Assembly (NCBI GenBank): GCA_030603275.1
Contig: JAUVYB010000005.1
Location: 13,928-77,927, forward strand
DNA length: 64,000 bases
Source of the DNA: Deltaproteobacteria bacterium
GTDB lineage: Bacteria; Chloroflexota; Dehalococcoidia; Dehalococcoidales; BS750m-G39
Direction of reading: 5' to 3'
The translations under genes and the position numbers were made by a program. Of this stretch, positions 29,329-37,376 are shown piece after piece. The number at the start of each line of letters is the position of its first letter. Position 1 is the first letter of the stretch. Under the pieces are notes generated by a model, which was not told the origin of the DNA, made no database searches, and was given only the letters and a program-made list of their open reading frames with translations.

Positions 29329-29699
29329 TCGTCATCCTTTTCTAGCTGGTGCAGCCGGGCATCGCTGATGCCGAAGTGGTGGGCTATTTCGTGCTTGACC
29401 ACCCGCTGGACCTCGGCGCTGATATTGCCCCCGTAGCGGCATTTGGTCTCGATTGACCGCTGGAATATGGTTATCTTGTCCGGCGGCACCAGCCCGTAGT
29501 GCCAGCCCCGCTCGGTCTGAGGTACCCCCTCGTAGAGGCCGAGCAGTGTTTCACTCCGCTCCAGCCCCAGATGGAGCAGCTGGTCGGGCGTGGGCTGGTC
29601 TTCCACCACGATATCTATGTTCTCCAGCCTATCGAGAAACTCCTCAGGCAAATCATCCACCGCCCTGGCCACCAGCCGTTCGAAACTGCCTCTATCCAT
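29325..29699 (-). CDS. Minimal zincin metallopeptidase-family protein (DUF1025-like)
   Basis: 124 aa. HEIAHHFG zinc-binding motif near the C-terminus. Confidence 0.7.
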   Translation of the reverse strand: MDRGSFERLVARAVDDLPEEFLDRLENIDIVVEDQPTPDQLLHLGLERSETLLGLYEGVPQTERGWHYGLVPPDKITIFQRSIETKCRYGGNISAEVQRVVKHEIAHHFGISDARLHQLEKDDD

Positions 29700-29784
29700 A
29701 ATCTAAGCCATTTTAGCTTAATTATATCATTGTGGTATAATTTGGGGCAGTGTTAACTAGGTCACATCGTGCTAGAGGTAGAGA

Positions 29785-30591
29785 ATGAGCGCTGAACTAA
29801 GCCGCTTAATCGTCCTTATAAAGGGGGGTGGGGAGGTGGCCAGTGGGGTGGCCCATAAGCTGGCCCGTGCCCGCTTCCGCGTCTGCCTGACCGAAACTGC
29901 TGAGCCCCTGGCCGTCAGCCGGGGGGTCGCCTTCTGCGAGGCAATCTATGACGGGGAGAAGGAGGTTGAGGGGATAGTTGCCCGGCGGGCTGAATCGGCC
30001 GTTGAGATTCATAAGCTGTGGCGGGAGGGACGTGTAGCTATCATCGTTGACCCCAAAACATCGGTCAGGAAAACGTTTAAACCCCAGGTGCTGGTTGACG
30101 CTATAATGGCCAAGAAGAACCTGGGGACAAAAATTAACCATGCCCCGCTGGTTATCGGGCTGGGGCCTGGCTTTGGGGCGGGCAAGGATGTCCATATGGT
30201 GGTGGAGACCAACAACAGCGAGAGGCTGGGGAGGGTAATTCTTGAGGGGGAGGCCGAGAAGGATACCGGAATCCCGGTCGCTATCGGCGGCCTGACCCAT
30301 GAGCGGGCGCTGCACGCTGCCGGAGACGGCCTTTTCCTGACCGACCGATATATAGGTGACCCGGCCAGCGCCGGCGAGGTGGTGGCTACGGTGGCTGGAA
30401 AGCCGGTCAGGGCGGAGATAGACGGTATAGTCCGGGCCATGCTGCGGGACGGGACAACGGTTAAAAAGGGGACGAAGCTGGGGGAGATAGACCCTTCCGG
30501 GGATAAAGAGGACTGTTATACCATTCGCCCCAGGGTGAGGGCGATTGCCGGCGGGGTTTTAGAGGCGATAATGATGCGCTACAATGCTTAG
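29785..30591 (+). CDS. yqeB: YqeB/EF2563-family selenium-dependent molybdenum hydroxylase system protein
   Basis: 268 aa. IKGGGEVASGVAHKLARARF.V...E...PLAVSRGVAF.EAIYDG matches my recollection of the YqeB family. Adjacent to xdhC. Confidence 0.7.
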   Translation: MSAELSRLIVLIKGGGEVASGVAHKLARARFRVCLTETAEPLAVSRGVAFCEAIYDGEKEVEGIVARRAESAVEIHKLWREGRVAIIVDPKTSVRKTFKPQVLVDAIMAKKNLGTKINHAPLVIGLGPGFGAGKDVHMVVETNNSERLGRVILEGEAEKDTGIPVAIGGLTHERALHAAGDGLFLTDRYIGDPASAGEVVATVAGKPVRAEIDGIVRAMLRDGTTVKKGTKLGEIDPSGDKEDCYTIRPRVRAIAGGVLEAIMMRYNA

Positions 30592-30608
30592 GTTTAGAGG
30601 TTCTAGAG

Positions 30609-31382
30609 ATGAATGATATTTACCAGGAGATAGTAAGGGTTAAGGCGGAGGGGGAGGAGGCGGCGCTGGTCACGGTTGTTTCGGCCAGCGGCTCCACGCC
30701 CAGAGAGGAAGGGGCCAAGATGCTGGTCAGCCCCGACGGCAGCATTTTGGGAACAATCGGCGGCGGTAGCCTGGAAGTCCAGGTAATCAAGGAGGCGGTT
30801 AAGGTGATAAAGCAGGCCAAGCCAAAGCGTCTCTACATGAGCTTGACCGCTGAGGAAGCCGGGGAGATGGGGATGATATGCGGTGGGGAGCTGGAGGTGT
30901 TTATCGAGCCTATCCTGACCACGCCTGCCTTATATATATTCGGCGGTGGGCATATCGCGCTGTCGCTGGCCAGGATGGGCAAGCTGGTCGGCTTTAATAT
31001 TACTGTCATCGACGACCGGGCTGATTTCGCCAGTGCCGAGAGGTTCCCCGAAGCCGATGTTATCCTGGCCGAGGACTTTACCAAATCATTCCCTAAGCTA
31101 AAGATAGATAAATCGAGCTACATCGTGATTGTTACCCATGGTCACCAGCATGACGAGGTGGTGCTGGAGTGGGCGGTGGGCACCCCGGCTAAGTATATCG
31201 GCATGATAGGCAGCAAAACCAAAAACGAGACTATATTCTCCCACCTGCTGGCCAGGGGAATATCCCGGGAGCAGATGGACAGGGCCCATGCCCCGATTGG
31301 CCTGGAAATAGAGGCGCAGACGCCGGAGGAGATAGCCGTCAGCATCCTGGCGGAGGTAATAAAAGTCCGGCGGTCTTCTTAA
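30609..31382 (+). CDS. xdhC: XdhC/CoxI-family molybdenum hydroxylase accessory protein
   Basis: 257 aa. N-terminal XdhC_CoxI-like segment (ALVTVVSASGSTPRE.GAKMLV) and a Rossmann-like half (IFGGGHIA). Confidence 0.82.
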   Translation: MNDIYQEIVRVKAEGEEAALVTVVSASGSTPREEGAKMLVSPDGSILGTIGGGSLEVQVIKEAVKVIKQAKPKRLYMSLTAEEAGEMGMICGGELEVFIEPILTTPALYIFGGGHIALSLARMGKLVGFNITVIDDRADFASAERFPEADVILAEDFTKSFPKLKIDKSSYIVIVTHGHQHDEVVLEWAVGTPAKYIGMIGSKTKNETIFSHLLARGISREQMDRAHAPIGLEIEAQTPEEIAVSILAEVIKVRRSS

Positions 31383-31414
31383 GCAGGCGCGGTGGTTTAA
31401 TAAGGGGGAAAGGC

Positions 31415-31888
31415 ATGGTAAGACCGATGGGCAATCGGCCGAAGTGGCTGGCCGGTTTGATGATACTGGTTTTAGCCGTCCTTGTTATCAGTGGTTGTCC
31501 CCCGGTTGAGCCGCCGCCGATTAACCAACCCCCCGCTGAGCAACCGCCGACTGACCAGCCGCTGACCGGGCAACCGCCGGTTGATGAACCGCCGGCTAAT
31601 CAGCCCCCGGTTATAAACAGGCTGTTTTCGGAGTACCGTCAAGTTAAAAGGTCTACGGCCACTCCTGTTGAATGTTCTGCCTCAGACCCGGATGGGGACG
31701 AACTGAGCTATGTCTGGTCAGCCACCGGCGGGACTATCACCGGTGAGGGAGCGGCGGTTAGCTGGGCAGCTCCTGAGAAGTCGGGCACCTATACCATTAC
31801 CGTCACGGTAGCTGATGGCCGGGATGGTCAGGCCGCAGAAACTATAGATATTAAAGCTGCCTGCTGCCCGATAAAGGCAGACGAGTAA
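31415..31888 (+). CDS. Lipoprotein with proline-rich repeats and a PKD/Ig-like domain
   Basis: 157 aa. Lipobox ISGC. Repeats PPINQPPAEQPPTDQPLTGQPPVDEPPANQPP, then SASDPDGDELSYVWSATGG. Confidence 0.6.
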   Translation: MVRPMGNRPKWLAGLMILVLAVLVISGCPPVEPPPINQPPAEQPPTDQPLTGQPPVDEPPANQPPVINRLFSEYRQVKRSTATPVECSASDPDGDELSYVWSATGGTITGEGAAVSWAAPEKSGTYTITVTVADGRDGQAAETIDIKAACCPIKADE

Positions 31889-31897
31889 CCTTTAGCA

Positions 31898-32461
31898 CTA
31901 GAACAGGGGTTTGCAGAGGACTTCCTTGACCTTGAGGTCGAAAAAGTCCTCGGAGTTGACTGGCCGCAGTACCACCGCCGTATCCACCCCACGGCCGGTG
32001 CCGCCGATAACGATGATATCCTCGTCGGTGCGCACCAGGCCGGCGTCAGCCGCCATAAGGGCGATTTCACAGACTACCTTCATGCCCTGTCCGAATATAC
32101 GCAGGGTGTTAGCCACCGTTTCCTCGAAGAGGTACATATTGAACTTCTTGCGCATCGCCCGGCCCAGTCCCGAGAAAAGGTGGGTGGCGGTGAGCAGGGG
32201 GACGCCGGCGCTAACTAGCTTCTGCCGGTTCTCTTCGGTGAACTCCTGGAAATTTGGCTCTCTCATACCAGTAAAGTGGCTGACCGCCACTATTCTGGCT
32301 CCCTTAAAGACCTCCACCGCCTTTAACGCGGTATCCCCGCTGGTAGAGGCTACCAGAATGCTCTTTATGCCCAACTCTTCCGCCCTGATCCCGACCAGGC
32401 GCAGCACTTCATCGGTGTTCTGCTTCCCGGGCTCGGGAAAATAGGTTATCTTTGCTTCCAT
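31898..32461 (-). CDS. Stand-alone pyruvate kinase C-terminal (alpha/beta) domain-like protein
   Basis: 187 aa. ILVASTSGDTALK...RIVAV pattern as in the PK C domain. Last gene of the fdhD-Ubl-E1 operon. Confidence 0.6.
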   Translation of the reverse strand: MEAKITYFPEPGKQNTDEVLRLVGIRAEELGIKSILVASTSGDTALKAVEVFKGARIVAVSHFTGMREPNFQEFTEENRQKLVSAGVPLLTATHLFSGLGRAMRKKFNMYLFEETVANTLRIFGQGMKVVCEIALMAADAGLVRTDEDIIVIGGTGRGVDTAVVLRPVNSEDFFDLKVKEVLCKPLF

Positions 32462-32509
32462 TATTTCTGACTCCTCCCTGTGATTTACCCCCCGGCAATA
32501 CGTTTACAC

Positions 32510-33268
32510 TTATTTCCTGTCTTTTGCCGGCTTTCCGCAGTGCGGGCAATCGGGGTCTTTTTTAACCTTGAACTCGGTAAATTTCATGTTAAGCCCGTCG
32601 TAGACTAAAAGTCTATTGGCCAGCATCTGCCCTATCCCCACCAAGTATTTTATCACCTCTGTCGCCTGGATGCAGCCGATAACCGCCGGCGTTACCCCTA
32701 TGACCGGGAATTCCTCCTCGGCGATGGTTCCCCGGTAGACGCATCTAAGGCAGGCGGTCTGGCCCGGTATTACGGTCATGGCCCTGCCCTCAAAGCCGTA
32801 GACCGCACCGTGAAAGAAGGGGATATTTTTTTCTATGGCGGTTTTATTGAGCAGATAGCGGGTGGGCAGGTTGTCCATGGCATCGACGATGAGGTCACAG
32901 CCTTCCACCAGCCGGGAGACATTGGCTTTGGTTATTCTTTTCTCGACGGCTTCTATTTTTACCTGCGGGTTCAGTTGTTTTAGCTTGCCCTTAGCTGAAC
33001 TGACTTTTTTTTGGCCGATGTCCTCCGGCCAGTGCAGGATCTGCCGGTTAAGGTTGCTCAGTTCTACCTTATCGTGGTCAACGATGCGCAGTGTGCCCAC
33101 TCCGGCAGCGGCCAGATAGGTGGCTGAGGAAGAGCCAAGGCCGCCGGCGCCGGCAATAAAGACCGTGGCCCTTTTTAGCTTTTCCTGCCCTTTTTGCCCG
33201 AAGCCTTTAAGCATTATCTGGCGGGCATATTTTTCCTGCTCGTCTTGGTTGAGCATTTTGCCGGTCAC
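32510..33268 (-). CDS. ThiF/MoeB/HesA-family E1-like adenylyltransferase
   Basis: 252 aa. YARQI...GQ.KL....V.I.GAGGLGS, D.D.VE.SNLNRQ, zinc cysteines CLRC and CPHC. No rhodanese domain. Confidence 0.85.
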   Translation of the reverse strand: MTGKMLNQDEQEKYARQIMLKGFGQKGQEKLKRATVFIAGAGGLGSSSATYLAAAGVGTLRIVDHDKVELSNLNRQILHWPEDIGQKKVSSAKGKLKQLNPQVKIEAVEKRITKANVSRLVEGCDLIVDAMDNLPTRYLLNKTAIEKNIPFFHGAVYGFEGRAMTVIPGQTACLRCVYRGTIAEEEFPVIGVTPAVIGCIQATEVIKYLVGIGQMLANRLLVYDGLNMKFTEFKVKKDPDCPHCGKPAKDRK

Positions 33269-33282
33269 CCCCTCTTAATAGG

Positions 33283-33498
33283 CTAGCCGCCGCCGATTAT
33301 CGTGTCCAGAACAGTGATTTCGGCCACATCCGGGTCTATCCGGTAGATGACCTCGCCGGTTTTGCTGTTGGCTACCAGACCGCCCAGAGGGTCAGCGTAG
33401 GTTTCGTCCAGGATTTTTCTGGCTTCCTCAACCGTCAACTCTTTTTCTCCTCCCGACGCGAAACGGACCTTGATTTTTGGTTCCATAATAGTAAACAA
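33283..33498 (-). CDS. Ubiquitin-like (MoaD/ThiS-type) small protein ending in GGG
   Basis: 71 aa (67 if it starts at MEPKIKV). C-terminus DPDVAEITVLDTIIGGG fits the beta-grasp sulfur-carrier pattern. Lies 14 nt upstream of the E1 gene. Confidence 0.55.
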   Translation of the reverse strand: MFTIMEPKIKVRFASGGEKELTVEEARKILDETYADPLGGLVANSKTGEVIYRIDPDVAEITVLDTIIGGG

Positions 33499-33530
33499 CT
33501 CCCCCGGTTAAGGCAAGCCTTGAGGGCGGT

Positions 33531-34259
33531 TTATTCTACCTCCTGTCCCTTCACTCTCCACTCGCTGGCGTAGAGGTTCATCTTTTTATCCCGGGCAAAG
33601 CCGACCAGGGTCACCCCCAGATTTTGGGCCAGCCTCACCCCCAGGTTAGTGGGAGCGGCTCTGGAGATAAGCAGGGGAACGTTTCTCTTAGCCACCTTGA
33701 GCAGTATCTCCGATGAGACCCGCCCGCTGGTGATTAGCAAGCGCCCGGTGGTGGCTATATCTTTGAGCAGACATTCCCCGAAGACCTTGTCTATGGCATT
33801 GTACCGGCCGATGTCATCGCTGAAGACCAGAATGTTTTCAGTATCGGCCAGGGCGGCGCTGTGTACCCCGCCGGTGTCTTTGAATAGTTGAGAGCTCTGT
33901 ACAAAATCGTCCATCAGGGCGAAGACCTGGGGGGCTGATATTGCAATATCGGAATCTACTTTTTTGGCCTGGGTGTGGGGGGTGGGCTTGATATCTTTTT
34001 TGGTTTTCACCCGCACCGTGCCCTTCTTCCGGTCGACGGTTATCTTTGTGATATCATCGTGGCTGTTGATTAAGCCTTCGGAGGCGAGGAAGCCGACCGC
34101 CAGGTAGTTAAGCTTCTGGGGGGAGCAGGGCAGAGTGGCCACCTCTTTGTTATTGAGGGTGATGGTAAGGGGAAACTCCATGACTACTATGTCGGTATCG
34201 ATACTCCGACCGGTCCCGGTAACGCGCCATATGGGGAACTGCTCCATAGTATCTGCCAT
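33531..34259 (-). CDS. fdhD: FdhD/NarQ-family formate dehydrogenase accessory sulfurtransferase (without the Cys loop)
   Basis: 242 aa. FKDTGGVHSAAL, DDIGRYNAIDK, SGRVSSEILLKVA...PLLISRAAPT, GVTLVGFAR. The loop that carries CxxC in E. coli FdhD has no cysteine here. Confidence 0.82.
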   Translation of the reverse strand: MADTMEQFPIWRVTGTGRSIDTDIVVMEFPLTITLNNKEVATLPCSPQKLNYLAVGFLASEGLINSHDDITKITVDRKKGTVRVKTKKDIKPTPHTQAKKVDSDIAISAPQVFALMDDFVQSSQLFKDTGGVHSAALADTENILVFSDDIGRYNAIDKVFGECLLKDIATTGRLLITSGRVSSEILLKVAKRNVPLLISRAAPTNLGVRLAQNLGVTLVGFARDKKMNLYASEWRVKGQEVE

Positions 34260-34393
34260 TGCTACCTCTATATTATATACATTTTCACCCTTTGCGCCTA
34301 TACCCGCATATTTTGTCTTGGCGCACTGCCTATTTAATGTTACAATAGTGGCTGTTTAATCCCCTTCTAAAAAAGCGGGTCCAGCAGGCGGGT

Positions 34394-34420
34394 GTAATCT
34401 GGCAAAAACAGGGAATTGAC
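34394..34420 (+). promoter_or_regulatory. 11-bp-periodic pentamer repeats (GlnR-box-like) overlapping the -35 element
   Basis: GTAAT-ctggca-AAAAC-agggaa-TTGAC. The 16-mer GTAATCTGGCAAAAAC shares 12/16 positions with GTAATCTGTTGGAAAC upstream of amt. Confidence 0.4.
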
Positions 34421-34444
34421 AAAGAATATTGTATCTGATATGAT
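34416..34444 (+). promoter_or_regulatory. Sigma-70-like promoter of the long plus-strand operon
   Basis: TTGACA (34416-34421), 17-nt spacer, TATGAT (34439-34444). Confidence 0.6.
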
Positions 34445-34446
34445 GT

Positions 34447-34474
34447 GGTATACGGCAACCGTTGGCCGTATACC
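34447..34474 (+). promoter_or_regulatory. Perfect 10-bp inverted repeat at the predicted transcript start (operator or 5' hairpin)
   Basis: GGTATACGGC-aaccgttg-GCCGTATACC, immediately followed by the AGGAG Shine-Dalgarno of the GTG-initiated ferredoxin gene. Confidence 0.45.
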
Positions 34475-34484
34475 AGGAGTCTAA

Positions 34485-34952
34485 GTGAAAAAGGTCTACG
34501 TTAAGGAAGAGTTCTGTATCGGCTGCCGCCTCTGCGAGGTGTACTGCCAGCTTAAGCACGCCCGGTCAAAAGACCTGGTCAAGGCGTTCAACAGGGAATA
34601 CCCGCCGCCACTACCCAGAATCCGGGTGGACGAGAAGGGGGTGGTATCGCTATCGGTGCGATGCCAGCAGTGTGACGATGCCCCCTGTGTACAGGCCTGC
34701 CTTACCGGCGCACTCAGCCGCGACCCGGAGAGCCGGCTGGTCAATGTGGATGAGGATAGGTGCATCGGCTGCTGGACCTGCCTGCTGGTCTGCCCGCTGG
34801 CGGCGATAAAGCCGGATACGGAGCAGAAGAGGGCGCTCAAATGCGACCTCTGCCAGGGGGAGGAAGTCCCGGTCTGCGTGGCTAATTGCCCCAATGAGGC
34901 GCTGGTCTATGTTGAGGTGCCGGATGGGACTCCCGTGGCGGAAAACGGTTGA
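34485..34952 (+). CDS. 4Fe-4S dicluster ferredoxin-like protein
   Basis: 155 aa with four Cys clusters: CIGCRLCEVYC, CQQCDDAPC, CIGCWTCLLVC, CDLC......C..C. Confidence 0.85.
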   Translation: MKKVYVKEEFCIGCRLCEVYCQLKHARSKDLVKAFNREYPPPLPRIRVDEKGVVSLSVRCQQCDDAPCVQACLTGALSRDPESRLVNVDEDRCIGCWTCLLVCPLAAIKPDTEQKRALKCDLCQGEEVPVCVANCPNEALVYVEVPDGTPVAENG

Positions 34953-34973
34953 CCGAATAAAAGAGGGGGTGTT

Positions 34974-35345
34974 TTGATGTCACATAACTGGGGACCGCAT
35001 TATATTGTTCCTTCAGAGGTGATGAAGAAATATTCGGGGAATGTTTTATTGCGGGAGGAGCTTGACGAGGAGCTGCTGGGCAAGGAGCTGGCGGAGATGG
35101 GTCTCACCGGGCCTATCGTGCGGATAACCAACCCCTGGTACTACCGCCCGAAGAGCGCCAGTACCTGGATTAAGATAGGGGAGTCCCGGGACAAGCAGGA
35201 TAACTTTTCGGTGCGCTGGGATACCAACGGCCTGGCGAACGGGCAGTACGAGATACTGGGGTTGATGCATGTTTTTGTCAAGAAGAACGGTGAGGAGACA
35301 GCTATCGCCCGGGAAAACGTGGTGGAAATTACCGTCGAGAATTGA
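34974..35345 (+). CDS. Hypothetical protein (C-terminal Ig-like beta-sandwich suspected)
   Basis: 123-aa ORF in operon context. No motif recognised. Confidence 0.45.
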   Translation: MMSHNWGPHYIVPSEVMKKYSGNVLLREELDEELLGKELAEMGLTGPIVRITNPWYYRPKSASTWIKIGESRDKQDNFSVRWDTNGLANGQYEILGLMHVFVKKNGEETAIARENVVEITVEN

Positions 35346-35374
35346 ACTCGGGTGGACAGAGGGAAGGATTTTAG

Positions 35375-36001
35375 ATGATTGCCATAATAGATTATGGCGC
35401 CGGCAACCTGCGCAGCGTGGTTAACGCCGTCAGCCGCCTGGGCTATGAGGCCAAGGTTGTTAACCGCCCTGAAGAGGTTATTAGCGCCCGGGTGGTTATA
35501 CTGCCCGGGGTGGGGGCGGCGGCTGATACCATGGCTAACCTGCAGAAAACGGGGTTGGACAGCGCGGTTAAGCGCTATGTCGCTGAGGGGTGGCCATTCC
35601 TGGGGGTCTGCATCGGGATGCAGGTGCTGTTCGGCGGCACCGAAGAGGGCGGCTGGCATGAGTGCCTGGGCGTTATCCCCGGCGCGGTGCGCAGGTTTGC
35701 ACCGGGCTTAAAGGTTCCCCACATGGGCTGGAACCAGGTAAAGCAAAAGATTGCTCACCCCATCTTCGAGGGCATACCCGATGAAGCTAACTTTTATTTT
35801 GTCCACAGCTACTATGTTAAGCCGGAGGACGGGTCGCTGGTGGCCGGCGAGACCGAGTACGGCATCCCGTTCTGCAGTGTTGTAACTAAAGATAACCTGG
35901 TGGCCACCCAGTTTCACCCGGAGAAGAGTGGGGAGGTGGGGCTAAAAATTTACGATAATTTTATCAGGGTTGCCCTGGGAGCCAAAGCGGGCAGGCGGTA
36001 A
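35375..36001 (+). CDS. hisH: Imidazole glycerol phosphate synthase, glutaminase subunit
   Basis: 208 aa. IAIIDYGAGNLRSV, LGVCIGMQVLF (catalytic Cys), HMGWN, FYFVHSY, QFHPEKS. Confidence 0.93.
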   Translation: MIAIIDYGAGNLRSVVNAVSRLGYEAKVVNRPEEVISARVVILPGVGAAADTMANLQKTGLDSAVKRYVAEGWPFLGVCIGMQVLFGGTEEGGWHECLGVIPGAVRRFAPGLKVPHMGWNQVKQKIAHPIFEGIPDEANFYFVHSYYVKPEDGSLVAGETEYGIPFCSVVTKDNLVATQFHPEKSGEVGLKIYDNFIRVALGAKAGRR

Positions 36002-36004
36002 GAA

Positions 36005-37351
36005 ATGGCGATAGCAGAGAAAATAAAGTATTTGATTATCGGCAACTCGGCGGGTGGCATCGGCGCCGCCGAGGCCATCCGCGGGGTGGATAAGGCGGGG
36101 ACACTGGCTATCGTCTCCGACGAGCCCTACCCGGCCTACTCGCGGCCGCTTATCTCCGAGCACCTTTCCGAGGGGCGTTCTCTGGAGAGGATGCTCTACC
36201 GCCCGGCCGATTTCTACGAGCAGAATAAAATAAAAACCGTCTTCGGTGATACAGTGGCGCGAATTGATTTCGGTGGGCGTACCCTTGAGCTGGAAAGCGG
36301 CCGAACTATTGCCTGGCAGAAGCTGCTGCTGGCTACCGGCGGCTCACCTATCGTGCCCGGGATGGAGGGTAAAGATTTAAAGGGGGTTTTCACCTTTACC
36401 ACCCTTGATGATGCTAAAGCAATAGATAAGTTCCTGAAGCAGCGCCAGGGCAGGATAAAAGCGGTGGTCATCGGCGGGGGGCTTATCGGGGTGAGCGCCA
36501 CCGAAGCCCTGTTAAAGAGGGGGGTGGAGATCAGCATCGTCGAGATGAAGGACTGGGTTTTGAACACCATCCTTGATGAGGAGGCGGCGGCCCTGGAAGC
36601 GGCGGCTCTGAGCGGGGCTGGTGTTGACATAATAACCGGACATACCGTGGCTAAAATAAACAGCAGTCTGCTGGATGAGGTCAACGGCGTCAGCCTGGAT
36701 GATGGGCGGTCTATACGATGCGATATGGTTGTCGTCGCCATCGGAGTTACGCCGCGCCTTGACCTGGTGGCTGATAACGGGGTTAAGACCAACCGGGGCA
36801 TAATCGTTGACCGCCGTATGGCTACATCCGTACCCGGTGTCTATGCCTGCGGTGATGTTGCCGAGGCCTATGATTTCGTCTACGGGGAGAACCGGGTAAC
36901 GCCGGTCTGGCCCAACGCCTATACCGGCGGCCGGGTCGCCGGCCTGAATATGGCCGGTAAGAAGGCGGAATACGGGGGCGGGACGGCCATGAACGCCCTA
37001 AAGTACTTCGGGGTGAATATCCTTTCGGCGGGGATGGTGAACCCGCCCGATGACAGCTACGAAGTTATCAGCCAGAGGGGCGATGGTATCTATAAAAAAG
37101 TGATAATTAAAGACGGGAAGATACTGGGCATGGTCTTTGTCGGCGATATCGAGAAAGCGGGCATTATCTATAATCTAATGAAGGACGGGGTAAAGGTGGG
37201 GTCTTTTAAAGAAACGCTGGTTGCCGACGACTTCGGCCTTGCCTCTCTGCCGGAGAAAATCTGGCGTGCCCGGCTGGATATACCGGCTTCCGAGGAGGCT
37301 TCCATAGTGCCCCCGGTTGAGCCAGCCGAAGAAGAGGTCGTTGATGAATAG
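36005..37351 (+). CDS. FAD/NAD(P)-dependent pyridine nucleotide-disulfide-family oxidoreductase
   Basis: 448 aa. IIGNSAGGIGAAEA, second dinucleotide fold VIGGGLIGVSA, ACGDVAE. Confidence 0.8.
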   Translation: MAIAEKIKYLIIGNSAGGIGAAEAIRGVDKAGTLAIVSDEPYPAYSRPLISEHLSEGRSLERMLYRPADFYEQNKIKTVFGDTVARIDFGGRTLELESGRTIAWQKLLLATGGSPIVPGMEGKDLKGVFTFTTLDDAKAIDKFLKQRQGRIKAVVIGGGLIGVSATEALLKRGVEISIVEMKDWVLNTILDEEAAALEAAALSGAGVDIITGHTVAKINSSLLDEVNGVSLDDGRSIRCDMVVVAIGVTPRLDLVADNGVKTNRGIIVDRRMATSVPGVYACGDVAEAYDFVYGENRVTPVWPNAYTGGRVAGLNMAGKKAEYGGGTAMNALKYFGVNILSAGMVNPPDDSYEVISQRGDGIYKKVIIKDGKILGMVFVGDIEKAGIIYNLMKDGVKVGSFKETLVADDFGLASLPEKIWRARLDIPASEEASIVPPVEPAEEEVVDE

Positions 37352-37376
37352 CCTTGCTTTTAAGGAGAAGCTTTAA

